Positions 1 through 11,900 of a stretch of DNA of 64,000 nucleotides are shown piece after piece (the stretch's first letter is position 1; the number at the start of each line of letters is the position of its first letter). The position numbers and the translations under genes were made by a program. Source of the DNA: Azolla caroliniana (Eukaryota; Plantae; Polypodiophyta); NCBI GenBank assembly GCA_043228905.1, contig JBHGNT010000005.1:20336001-20400000 (forward strand), in the 5' to 3' direction. Under the pieces are notes generated by a model. The model made no database searches. It was not told where the DNA came from and saw nothing but the letters and a program-made list of their open reading frames with translations.

Positions 1-1742
1 TGCCTGATGGTCCTTCTCGACTCCAAGTCTTGCAACAATGTCATGACACACCAATGGTTGGACATTTCGGCATCCACAAGACTTTGGCGTTAATTTCTCG
101 AAGGTATTGGTGGCCACGACTTTGCCATTTTGTTACGGATTATGTTCGTAGTTGTGATACATGTTGTTGATCCAAAAAACCTTGACATCATCCATATGGC
201 TTATTATAGCCAATGCTTATTCCTGAGAGTCCATGGAAATCTATTTCATTGGACTTCATTACAGATCTACCACCTTCCAAGGGTTTTGATTATATTCTCA
301 CGGTAGTAGATTGTTTTACCAAGATGGCACATTTTCTTCCTTGCACAAACTTGGCCATTATAAGCCAAGAGACAGCCGAGTTACTCATGCAAGAGGTGTT
401 TCGGCATCATGGTCTTCCCGATGATATTATCAGTGATCGGGCTCCCTAGTTCATCTCAAAATTTTGGCGTCACATGTTCAAACTCTTACATACTTCTTGC
501 AAACTCTCTTCCGGCTACTATCCAGAAACTAACGGGCAGAGTGAGCGCACCAACCAAACAGTAGAACAATATCTTCGTTGTTTTGTCAACTATTAACAAG
601 ATGATTGGATTGATCTATTACATTTGGCGGAATTTGCTTACAACAACTCAGAACATTCTTCTACTGGATATTCCCCATTTTTTGCAAACATTGGGTACCA
701 TCCTCGTTGGACTATGCTTGAACATCCCGAACTCCCGACAAACCTAGCTGCTGAAGATCGGCTCGTGCCCGACTCCAAGAAGTTCAAGATATCCTTTTGC
801 ACCATTTATGTGATGCTCAAAACACTCAAAAGAAGGTTGTTGACCGTCATCGACGTGATTCATCGACTACATTTCAAGTGGGAGATCGAGTATGGCTTTT
901 ACAAGGTCGCATTAAAATAACCCGACCTTGCTACAAATTGGATTATCAACGTTTTGGCCCATATGTGATATTTGGTAAGATCAATGATGTGGCATTTCAC
1001 CTTGATCTTCCCCCTCATATGCATCTTCACCCGGTATTCCATGTTTCACTTTTGGAGCCGTACACAACCAGCTCTATTCCAGGCCGTCTTACATCTCCCC
1101 CACCTCCAATCAAAGTTTCGGATGGCTCCGAATATGAAGTTGCTGCAATTCTCGACTCCAAGATCGTTCGCAACAAACTGTATTATTTGGTTGACTAGTG
1201 AGGTTATACACCTAATGATCGAACATGGGAACCTCTCGAGAATCTTGCTAATGCATCCGAAATGGTTGTTACGTTTCACAACAAATATCCGCATAAGTCA
1301 AGTACGAAATCTTGTCTTCCGACTCGTGGAACTCGTCATCGAAAAGGGGGGATAATGTCATGAAGACATACATTTTGGCCTTACAAGGATTCGAGCCCAC
1401 AACGTCTTGATCTATATGTTAAACCTTTAACCATTATAATAACATATATGATATATAGTTATAATAAATATATTATTTGTTATTACAAGATATTTAGAGT
1501 ATTCTAGAATTCTAGGATATTCCATGATTATATTAAATATCATAAATATTCTAGAACATTCTAGAATACTCCATAAGGACCTATAAATAGGTGTTTATTC
1601 ATTCATCACAACCCATTCAGTTCAACACCAGTGTTTAGCCCTTAGCCTACTCTTTGTAATATTGTTTCCTAATAATATAATCTCATTTCCATTTCTTTTC
1701 CTCTCTCTCTCTCTCTCTCTCTCCTACTCACGAGTCTTGACA
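1..1742 (+). mobile_element. 3' part of a degenerate Ty3/Gypsy chromovirus (Tcn1-like): integrase, chromodomain, PPT and 3' LTR (1356-1742)
   Basis: Integrase motifs [27 protein letters not shown], the GPY module (RFGPY...HPVFHVSLLEP) and chromodomain YEVAAILDS...TWEP, with stops and frameshifts. PPT gaaaagggggga at 1341-1352. LTR TGTCATGA...TCTTGACA at 1356-1742 with TATA box ctataaata. Confidence 0.92.
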
Positions 1743-2450
1743 TGAGCAGGTATTCCATCTTTATCTTCCAGTTTGGATAGTTCTTAGAGTTTAGAACTAT
1801 CATGCTTGGGAAGCCGTTCACACCTCCTTCCATCTTCAACCTTGCTCTGATACCAAGTTTGTTGTGAATTGAATCATCAATCCACAGAAAAAAAAAGATG
1901 TTCAGATACACATATCTTGCGGAAATAAAAAAAATAGCACTGCAGAAAAAATACACACTACACAACGTTTTTACGTGGAAACTCTAAACGGGGAAAAACC
2001 ACGGGAATAGAGATTCCACTATACACAAGAGAATACAATATGAGATTAGAATACAACACTCTCCAAACAGAGTGTATTAGCCACACAGGGCTCTTGACGT
2101 CAAATCTCACTCGGTTATGGCGTCGCTCTCTCTATCTCTCACTCACACACTCTCTCCTCTCTGTCGCTTACACCAACATAGGATCACACACAATTCTATT
2201 CTGCTATACTCTATGTCTACGTTTTCCCTACGTGTATTTATACTTATACACTGTATGAACCATTTACAAATGTAGCCACTACTACTATCATTCCTATTAC
2301 AACGATGATAGATATTCAGCCGACATGTCGACTAGTCGACTTCAGCATCGACTGTCTAGTCGGCCCTACTAGTTCCTCATGTCTTTGACTGTTGGTACTC
2401 GGCCCAACTAGCAAGCCGGCTACTTCCATAGGAGGGACATATTCCTAACA
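1743..2450 (-). mobile_element. 5' end of Ty1/Copia element B: LTR (1860-2450), tRNA-iMet PBS and gag start, interrupted by the chromovirus
   Basis: gctctgatacca at 1844-1855 is the reverse complement of the TGGTATCAGAGC PBS. Gag N-terminus MEGGVNGFPSMIVLNSKNYPNWKIKMEYLL is cut at 1742. The LTR has TG..CA ends and the ccgtggttttt...ttccacgtaaa motif. Confidence 0.85.
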
Positions 2451-3388
2451 GTTCTACCCTCAACAGTTGGATCCCTCTTTTGGACAAGTACTTCTCGAAG
2501 GCTCTAGAGGTTTATTCACCCCTGTTGGCCGACTGGAAGATTTTTACTTTGTGGCCATATCGGTTTTTGACTTCAGTTATCCACCAAGCGAATGTCTTGA
2601 GCGCTTCATCTTTGGACTTAAGTGAATAAGCCACGTCATCCACGAATGTGATGAAGTAACGTTGTCGTGAAGAAAACCAGGCATAGGCGGAATCGGAGAA
2701 AAAGGCGCATGAACTAGCTTTTACACGGATGGGCGCATGAATTGATATTTTGAGATTTTGTACATTATTCATAAATGGATCGGCTGATGTAAATACTAAG
2801 TAGTACACATTTAATAAGGGATTGTGCGTATCTCTGTCGAAAGGGACAGGGAATAAAGCGGTTTGACTAGGGAAAGAGGCACCCCCTTTTTTGGGGGGAA
2901 CTATTTAAGGAGAGGGGAGAAGGAGGAAAAGGGATCGCGCGTTGGCGAGGAGGAGGGGCTGCTATAGAACCGAGTGTCGAGCTCTCTCTCCTCCGATCGT
3001 CGTTCTCTACGGGTGTCGGGAGTTCGTTGCCTCTGCTTCGTGGACAGCCCGTGTGCTTCCAGAAGAGTCTCTCTCTTCCCTTTTTCCCTTTTGTTTCTTC
3101 GAGTCATGTGGCTGTCATCGGTGTGCGTGAGTAGGACCTCGTGTCGGGTCCATTACCGGGTTGCCGGTTGTAACTGTTCGAGTTGTAAGCTTTTGACTAT
3201 AGTAATTGGATTCCTGTTTTCTTGCTCTTAATCTCTTCCTGTGTACTTGCAACTCTCTCTCTCACTCTCACTCTCACTCTCTTCTTGGTCCAAGACCCCC
3301 GTGTTCCCGCCTCTTCCTACACGCGAACGCGAAACTTCGCGACATCTTTGGTGAACCCGACGTGAACAGGCGGCAAAGGAGTCGAAAG

Positions 3389-5446
3389 ATGAGGGGATCA
3401 GAGCTAGCGGAGGCAATGGTTGTAGCTGTCGACCGGCTGGTAATCGCTCGTGAGGGGATGGGTACCCTCAACAGAGCCATTGAATCGATCGTCGGCACTA
3501 TAGGCCGGTTCGGAGGGAAGGACGCCACAAGTTATTTGGAGGCTTACCGAGCCGAAATGATCAGGAGGGATATCCCGGTGGACAGGCGGTTGTCCGGATT
3601 CCCTCGGGTGGTGGCACCGAGCATCCACGCGGAGGTGCTCGAGGTGTTGGCCGAATGTCGGACTTGGGAGGAGTTCGAGCTGCAGCTCCTCGAGAAGTAC
3701 GGGTTTGACGACTCGCTTCGGTTGTTGAGGCGGGACTTCATGGCGTGGGTGGAAAGCCCTGGAAAAGGGAGGAACACGTTGGCGCTCCTCCAGGAGTTCG
3801 AAAAATGGTTCGCGCGGCTATCGACACTGGACCGGACCGTGCTTGAAACGAGTCGAGTACTACTGTTTGTCAAGTCGATGAACCCGCTCGATAGGGAAAG
3901 GGTGGGTCCCCTATTGGAAACGGACGAAGGGCTCACGGCAGACTGGGCCGCGGTAAAACGGGTCTGCAGCCGTTTCGACAAACGGCCCGATTGGAGCGAC
4001 GGAAGCTTGTCGGGGTCAGGGCCGGTCCCGGCGAGGAGGCTCGAGGGGTTGGCATCGAATGACGTGGTCAGAGGCCCATCTGGAGGAGCAGCTCTGGAGG
4101 AGCTGACACAGATGGTGCGCGACCTGCAGATCGCACAGGCCCGGAGAGACAGCGGCGAACAACCTCGCAACCGGAGGCCGCCGGCTGGGCAGCGGTGCAT
4201 GTGGTGTGACGCGATCGGTCACATTCGGAAGGATTGCGCGGATTTCGCCGACGCACTCAGGAGCAACGTGGTGTACCTCTGGAACGGGCGGGTGCACGCG
4301 AGCGAGACCCGGAGAGCCCTAGAACTAAATACGGGGCGCGGCGAAATGAAGAGGTTGATGGAAGAGGCCGCGGCACGGCAGGTTGAAGCCGTTAACTACT
4401 CAGTGTCGACGGGAATTCGGGTCGGGGGCGACTAGTCCCAAAAGGTGAAGGACTCCGGATTTTGGCCGCTAGTGCTAGAAGGCTTCTCCGGAGTTCGGCT
4501 GAAGAAGGAAGAGGCGGACCGCGCGGAACAACGGGTCCAGGAGGTCACCGGATGGGACGATCCGGTCGAAGAGAAAACGGGCTTCGTAGAAGTAGCTTGC
4601 CAGAACTACGAGGTTCTGGTGGAAGACAAACGGGTAGGAAAGGCCGGGGGGGTGGGTCCCCCGCAGAGGTATGAAACCCGGTCCGGACCGAAACCGACTA
4701 GTGCCGGCAACCCAGGTGCGCCGAATGGGAAGAAGCAGGCGGCGTTTCGATTGAGCACCGAAATTGAAAGGACCACAGACCTATGAAAGGTCCTGGAGGA
4801 ACGTATCCTCGACAACAAAGTGGAGCTATCACTAAGGGAAGTACTCGGGATCACCATCGTAGACTTGGTGAAGAGGAAAAGGTTGTCGACAGAGCCGGAA
4901 CCGGAGAAGCCGGTGGAAGTGCGAACGACGCACATAGTGGACGCGGCCCTAGAAGACGAGTTGGCAGAAAGCCACTACGCGAAGCCGCACTGGGCCAGGG
5001 CAACTACGGAAACCCCTGTGCGGATCGGCGATGTTCCGGAACCGGTGGTGGCCCTGGTAGACCATGGATCCGAAATCAACCTAATGTCCATGGATTTCTA
5101 CAAGAGGGGTAAATGGCCGATCAACACCAAGCACGGGTGGAACATACGCGCGGCGACGCGTGCTACGGAGGAGCTGCATGGGGCATGCCCGAATATACTC
5201 GTAAAGGTCGGTGACGTCGAGATAGATCAACATTTCTTCGTGCAGGAAACATCCTCTCACCCAGTGATTCTTGGCGAACCATACATTACAGCAGCATGCA
5301 TGGAGACGAAAGTGCTGGACAACGGTTCGGCGTACAAGCGCGTAAAGAGCCAGGACGGTCGGCATTCCGTCCAATTCATGACCGTACGACCGAACCATGA
5401 GAGGAATCGTGAGACCCTCGGCGGCGGCAGCCAAGGGGATTTTTAG
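3389..5446 (+). pseudogene. gag-protease ORF of the Trp-primed Gypsy (one stop at 4433, one frameshift near 4785)
   Basis: ATG at 3389 (MRGSELAE). Zinc knuckle CMWCDAIGHIRKDC. Aspartic protease ALVDHGSEINLM...VILGEPY. Ends GGATTTTTAG at 5446. Confidence 0.88.
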
Positions 5447-8400
5447 AGAGGGCTATCAAGGCGTGGGGCCGTAGTAGTCCGGACGTACTGGAACAACCCC
5501 ACACATGTACAGTAGATAGGAAATTTTGGTTCTCTAAAAACGGAGGTTGTACTATAACCGGCGTCAACGGCCAGGAGAGGAAGCGAGCGGAGGAGCGGCT
5601 CAGGGGATGCGGAGTCCTCTTCCTCGACGAAGACATCACGGCGCCGTGGAGGTGGTCTCTTTTGACGACACCTTCGGCGAACTGCGAAAGGTGATCGGTG
5701 AAGACCTTAGAGAAGACCGGACTGTTCCGGTAGGTTCAATGGGAATGTACGAAGTCATCACGGACTTCGGGGAAAGGATCGGGTCGGATCGGACGGCTCG
5801 CGTGGATACAAAGTACAAGACTGTGGACCGGAAGGTGAGGCCAGTAGCGGCACCCTTACCGGAGGGCAGTGAGGAGCGGATAAAAGGGGTCGCATCAGAC
5901 CCCAGTTTACGAAATCCGGCTGGCATAGGGCATTGGTTCACCGACATAACGCTACGGGAGCTCAAGGTTGGTGGGGGTGGCTTTCTACTGCTGGCGGAGG
6001 AGGATAGGTTTCAGAGAATGCTCAGAAGGCATGGGAAAGCCTTTGCGTTCTCACCGGAGGAGATCGGGTGTGTGGACCCGACGATCGTCGAACCGATGGT
6101 GATCTTCACGGTACCGCATGTACCGTGGAATCTCAAACCGATTCCAGTGCCGAGAGCTCACATCCCGATGTTGATGGAGCTTCTGAAGCAAAAGGTGGAG
6201 ATGGGCATCCTCGAACCGTTGAGTGCCCCGTATTCGAATCGGTGGTTTACGGTGCCGAAGAAGAACGGCACGCTGCGCTTCATTCAGGACCTGCAACCAG
6301 TCAACAAGGTGACCATCCGTAACGCAGGAATCGGACCGACCATAGACGAGTTCGCGGAGGCCTTCGCCGGAAGGTTGATTTACTCTGTCAGTGATCTGTA
6401 CTCGGGGTACGATCAGTTCCAACTAGCCGTGGAGAGCAGAGACATTACGACGATGCGGACTCCTATCGGTCTAGTGCGGATGTGTACCCTACCACAAGGA
6501 GGGACAAACTCAGTGGCTCACATGGTGAAAGCGATGAACAAAGTGCTTAGGGATTGTATCCCGGACATCACCATGCCATTCTTAGACGACATCCCGATCA
6601 GGGGATGCCCGGTGGAGGAAAAGGACGAGACAATCGGACCAGACGGATGTCGGAATTTCGTGGTGACTCACATCGAGGACTGCGAGAAGGTGCTGCAGAG
6701 ACTAGAAGGCGCGAGGCTCACCTTCTCTGGGGAAAAATCAACCTTCGGACAATCGGAGATCATGGTCGTCGGGCACCTATGTGGACCCTACGGTCGGAAA
6801 CCGTCTCCGGCCAAGGTTGAAGCCATCTCCGCGATGAAGCATGACTGCGATTCGGTCACAGAGGTCCATAGATTCTTGGGAGCATGCACGTTCTACCATA
6901 TCTGGATCCCACACTACGCACATGTTGCGGAACCCCTCTATAGACTATTGAAAAAGGGGTGTAGCTTTGAGTGGAGGACGGAGCACACGGAGTCGGTACG
7001 GAGACTAAAGGAGGCGCTTACGGTGGCGTCGGCTCTCCATAAAGCGGTTTACGGCAAGGATGTCCCCATTTGCATGACGGTGGACACGAGCCCGACCGGG
7101 ATCGGGTGGGTAATCAGTCAGGAGGATAAGGACGGCGTACGATTCCCGATCCGGTTCGGGGCGAAGGTATTGAGCAAACGGCAGCGAGGATACGCCCAAG
7201 TTAAGCGCGAGCTTTGGGGTATCGTTTCGGCAGTCAAGGCCGACAAGGACTATCTGTTGGGGACGGAGGTGATCATCGAGACGGACTGCCTACCGATACT
7301 CGACATGGTTTCCAGATGCGCGACGCCGGACCTAGCAATGCTCCGGTGGATAGCGTACATTAAGTCCCTGAACCCGGAGATACAGCACATCTCCGGAAAG
7401 GATAACGCCATGGCCGACATGCTTTCGAGAGCAAGGTTCAACGACGAAGACGGCATGGTTTCGGATGACAAAGAAGTCGGCGAGGACTTCTTTGGGTCGG
7501 CTAAAGTAGCGACGAGGGAAAGGGACACTCCAGCGCTTAACGAATTTGACGAAAGCAGGTACAATAGGGAGTGGCTCCAAATCGGGAGGTTCCTACGGAC
7601 AATGAGGCCGAACGCAGCATGGACGAGAGAAGAGGCGAGCCGGGTACGGAAGAAGGCGTACCGATTCTTCCTGCGGGACAAGTGCATATGGAGGCACCCA
7701 AAGAAGAGAAACGGCATCCCACTCCGAGTAGTGACAAAGAAAGAGGAACAGGAGGGACTACTGGCGGCATTTCACGAGAGTCCCAGGGCCGGGCACCGTG
7801 GAACGTGGGCCACGTTCGAGAAGCTGAAGGAGAAGTACTAGTGGTCGGGGTTGTACCAGGACGTGCATCGGTTTGTAAAGACTTGCGAAAGTTGTCAGAT
7901 GCACTACATCGTCTGACATCGGGACGAGCTACACCCGACCTACCCACCTATGGTCCCTTTCAAGTGGATGGTGGACTTGGTGATGATGCCGATGGGGGTA
8001 GGACATATGCGATACCTGGTGCTTGCACGGGAAGACTTAACGAACCAAGTGGAAGGCCGTGCACTGCAGAACAAGACAACCGCGGCGGTATGCCGGTTCC
8101 TGATCGAAGAGGTAGTGTGTCGGTACGGGTGCGTCGGGAGGATCATGGCGGACCGGGGAGAGCTAGATGCGCGGGAAGCTGAGGAGTTGTTCGACCGGCT
8201 AGGCATCAAACTTTCCCTCACTAGGGCGTACAATCTGGAGGCGAACGGAAAGGTAGAACGTGGGCACGAGCCGATCGTAAAGGCGTTGGTGCGTGCATGC
8301 GGAGGGCAGGTCGGGAATTGGCCGCGGCTCCTTCCTTACGCACTATGGGCGGACCGAACTACGCACAGTTCGGTGACAGGGTTTATGCCGGCTGAGCTGA

Positions 8401-8909
8401 TGTACGGATAGAAACCAATCATGCCGGTGGAACGGACGGTTTCTTCATGGGCGACAGTAGATTGGAAGGACGAAATGAGCCGGGAGGAGTTGCTAGCGGC
8501 GCGGATTCGGCAACTCGAGCGGAGGCTGGAGGACGTGAAACAGGCGAAGGAAAAGCTACGAGCAGCAAGGGAGCAAAACAAGACCCGGTTCAACCGGACG
8601 CACCGGTTGCGACCAACGAAGATTGAGGAAGGCGACTGGGTCTTGGTATACGACAGCAGCCTCGACAATTAGCACAAGGCGGTGCGAAAGTTCGCTAGGA
8701 GATGGTTCAGGCCCTACACGGTGACGAGCGCGAACGACAACGGCACGTACCACCTTGCAGAACTCGACGGGACACGGTTAGCGGTGCCGGTGGCCAGGAA
8801 GCGGATCAAAGCGTTCAAGAAGCGGTTCGAAGACGAGCCGGAGCCTACGAGCGGGAGCGACAACGACGATCAATTTGGGCCCGACGGAGAATTTGGGAAC
8901 GACAAGTGA
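5440..8909 (+). pseudogene. RT-RNaseH-integrase (pol) of the Trp-primed Gypsy, with in-frame stops
   Basis: RT motifs DLYSGYDQ, LPQGGTNS and FLDDI. RNase H VDTS, RELWGI, ETDC and ADMLSR. Integrase HHCC (HESPRAGH...CESC), MADRGE, ANGKVERGH and a C-terminal WFRPY module. Stops at 7839, 7914, 8409 and 8670 all fit C-to-T or G-to-A changes. Confidence 0.93.
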
Positions 8910-11900
8910 AGCCGGTTTTCTTCGGTATCTACCCGTCTCTGGCGCATGCCGGTGGATGCGCGGTTTGGTGGGGGTGGATGTCGTGAAGAAAACCGGGCAT
9001 AGGCGGAATCGAAGAAAAAGGCGCATGAACCAGCTTTTACACGGATGGGCGCATGAATTGATATTTTGAGATTTTGTACATTATTCATAAATGGATCGGC
9101 TGATGTAAATACTAAGTAGTACACATTTATTAAGGGATTGTGCGTATCTCTGTCGAAAGGGACAGGGAATAAAGCGGTTTGACTAGGGAAAGAGGCACCC
9201 CCTTTTTTTGGGGGAACTACTTAAGGAGAGGGGAGAAGGAGGAAAAGGGATCGCGTGTTGGCGAGGAGGAGGGGCTGCTGTAGAACCGAGTGCCGAGCTC
9301 TCTCTCCTCCGATCGTCGTTCTCTATGGTTGTCTGGAGTTCGCTGCCTCTGCTTCGTGGATAGCTCGTGTGCTTCCAGCAGAGTCTCTCTCTTCCCTTTT
9401 TCCCTTTTGTTTCTTCAAGTCGTGTGGTTGTCGTCGGTGTGCGTGAGTAGGACCCCGTGTCGGGTCCATTGCCGGGTCGCCGGTTGTAACTGTTCGAGTT
9501 GTAAGCTATTGACTATAGTAATCGGATTCATGTTTTCTTGCTCTTAATCTCTTCCTGTGTACTTGCAACTCTCTCTCTCTCTCTCTCACTCTCACTCTCT
9601 TCTTGGTCCAAGACCCCCGTGGTCCCGCCTCTTCCTACACGCGGACGCGAAACTTCGCAACAACGTGCACCTCCTAGAGATCTCTCAGGCGGTGGCTCGT
9701 ACAAGCCGTTGTGTATTAGCCCTAAGGGTTTTGGTACCGTCTCGTAGTGTATAGAGTGTGGACTTCATGTATGCTTCACATACATGCAGTGCTCATAGAA
9801 GTCGAATTCCAAATGTTGAAGCTTTAGAATGTAGCCAAGTGTCGTAGCCTTTCAAGCCCTATTTGTGACATGTAGCTGAGTCGGCCATGCCACAATGAAG
9901 ATGTCGGCATTTCGGCTACCTTTAGTGATCCCTCCCAACTGTACATTATAAGAGGGTACAAGTTATTGTACTTCACGCCATGGCCAATGTGCAGATTTCC
10001 TTTCGAAATTCACCATCACGACTCACTCAGTGTAGTCTTATACTCCTCTTTGGCCAGCATGTCCATGGAGATTAAACAGTTCCTCATTAGATCGGGTACG
10101 TGTCATACTTGGTGTAGGGTGATGATATTTCATCCAACGATTTGGCACTCCTATGCATTGCCATGTCGGACCATGTTAGCATTGGTCGAATAGTCCGAAA
10201 ACCATTCTTTATAGGGGATTACATGAAAGGTGGCGCCCGAATCCAACATCCATCTTAGTGCATCTTGTGCAGTATACAGGATCTCATTGGTCAATGTGCC
10301 TTATAAAGAGAGGACCCCTCCCAACGATGATCCGGCAACATGAATTTGGTTGCAGGCTGAAGGCTGGTTCAAGTCGAAAGAGCCTCCATTCCGATCAAAT
10401 TTTCAGCCTTTTCCCATCTTGTTCAATGACCAACAATCGGAAACGTGGTGGTCAGCCTTTCTACAGTGTGTGCAATAGGTGTTTGAAGGCACACCTCTCG
10501 ACTTCGACCGTTGGTTGTCACTTCTCCTTGTTGACCTGCTTTGATCGCTGCCAATCCTCTGAGCCATTCCCCCAAAGACGTGAGCTTTGGCACTGTCGTG
10601 GATGGTGAGTCTCATCGACTTTCTTCGAAGCTCTTTGAATAGGACCACCCCGATCGCTTCATCCAGCGTCAGCTTCGTCAAGTTGCTGGTCACAGTGGTG
10701 CATAACAGTTCCCAACTCGTCAGGAGGCTTGAAAGGAGTGCAAGCGCCTTGATTTCTTCTTCGAAGTTTAGGCCTTGCGAGGGAGGTCGAACAACACATG
10801 GCTAAAGATGTTGATATGGGAGGTTGTCGGCTCTGACTCCCTCATCTTCATATTGAATAGCTACTGAAGCAAGATGAGTTTGGAAGAGCTAGACTTCTTT
10901 TTGTATATCGATTGAAGCTTCTCCATAGGGTGAATGCAGAAGACTTTTTAGCCATGTTGAAGTAAATGTTTTCTGTTAGATGCATTCGGATTGTTGATCT
11001 CGTGACTCATCAAGCAACCGCCATTCCTCTGTTGTCATCGTTGACGGTCAGTTGTTATGTTGATAAGCTTTGATCTGGCATCTGATGATCAGCACATCCT
11101 GCATCATCTCCTTCCATAAGGCAAAGTTTTTGTTGTTGAACTTTCTGATCTCACAACCTATGTCGGATGTTGAGGCCATTGTTCTTTTGGAGATCTTTGT
11201 TTGGCTTGATCCATTCCTTCAGTATTCTACCTCTTCTTATATCGACACTACTTGGTTCCAAGATCTCTCTGATACCACTTGATAGCGCTTATAGTGCCTC
11301 ATCGACTGTGGTGTGTAGTCGTTTAGTCGACTATGGTCGACTGTTGCGGAAGCAAGTGTGGCTCTTGTTGTTGTGAAGCAAGCATGAAGTGTTGTGATCA
11401 TTGTTCTATTTCAAGATATACACTGAGAGAAAGACGGTTACACAGATGTTAGCAAAAGAGAATATTTGTATTAACATTCGACATCTCCTTGTACAAAGAG
11501 GAGTACCTCTTATTTATACTTGAGTGGGCTTAGCCCTAACTCAGAAGGAGATTTCACCTTATAAGTACAACGCTCGAAAGTAGGACTTTTAGCCCACCAT
11601 GGACAAGGTAACATTGTTGGGGCAGTAAACTAGTAAAACTATGAGATACACAAGGAGAAGAGGAGGTAAGAATATCTTGTCACTAACGAGTGAAACATCG
11701 CTTACGCATCCTTTACAATCATTCTAGTCACATTGTAGGTAAGATATTCATTTAGGTAAAGTGCCAAGAAAGGAGAAGTCAACAACAAAAGGTTGAAGTA
11801 CATGTGGCAAAACTCAAAACATCAACTAGGGAGGGGCCAATAATAGATGAAGTAGTTGACAAGTGTCATCATTAACACATCAGGCCCAAACCATGAAGGA

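Larger units (their letters stand above)
2663..9662 (+). mobile_element. Full-length non-chromovirus Ty3/Gypsy LTR retrotransposon with tRNA-Trp PBS and 4-bp TSD (ACGT)
   Basis: LTRs at 2663-3344 and 8979-9662 (TG...CA, roughly 95-96% identical by eye). PBS TGGTGAACCCGACGTGAA at 3349-3366. PPT ggtgggggtgga at 8967-8978. ACGT at 2659-2662 and 9663-9666. Confidence 0.96.

Noticed and set aside
1375-1446. Functional tRNA gene
   Set aside because: Acceptor and anticodon stems could not be paired. It is reported only as a tRNA-like box cassette.
3544-4200. 218-aa antisense ORF and other overlapping ORFs within the Gypsy element
   Set aside because: Such ORFs are expected in GC-rich coding DNA and have no recognisable motifs.
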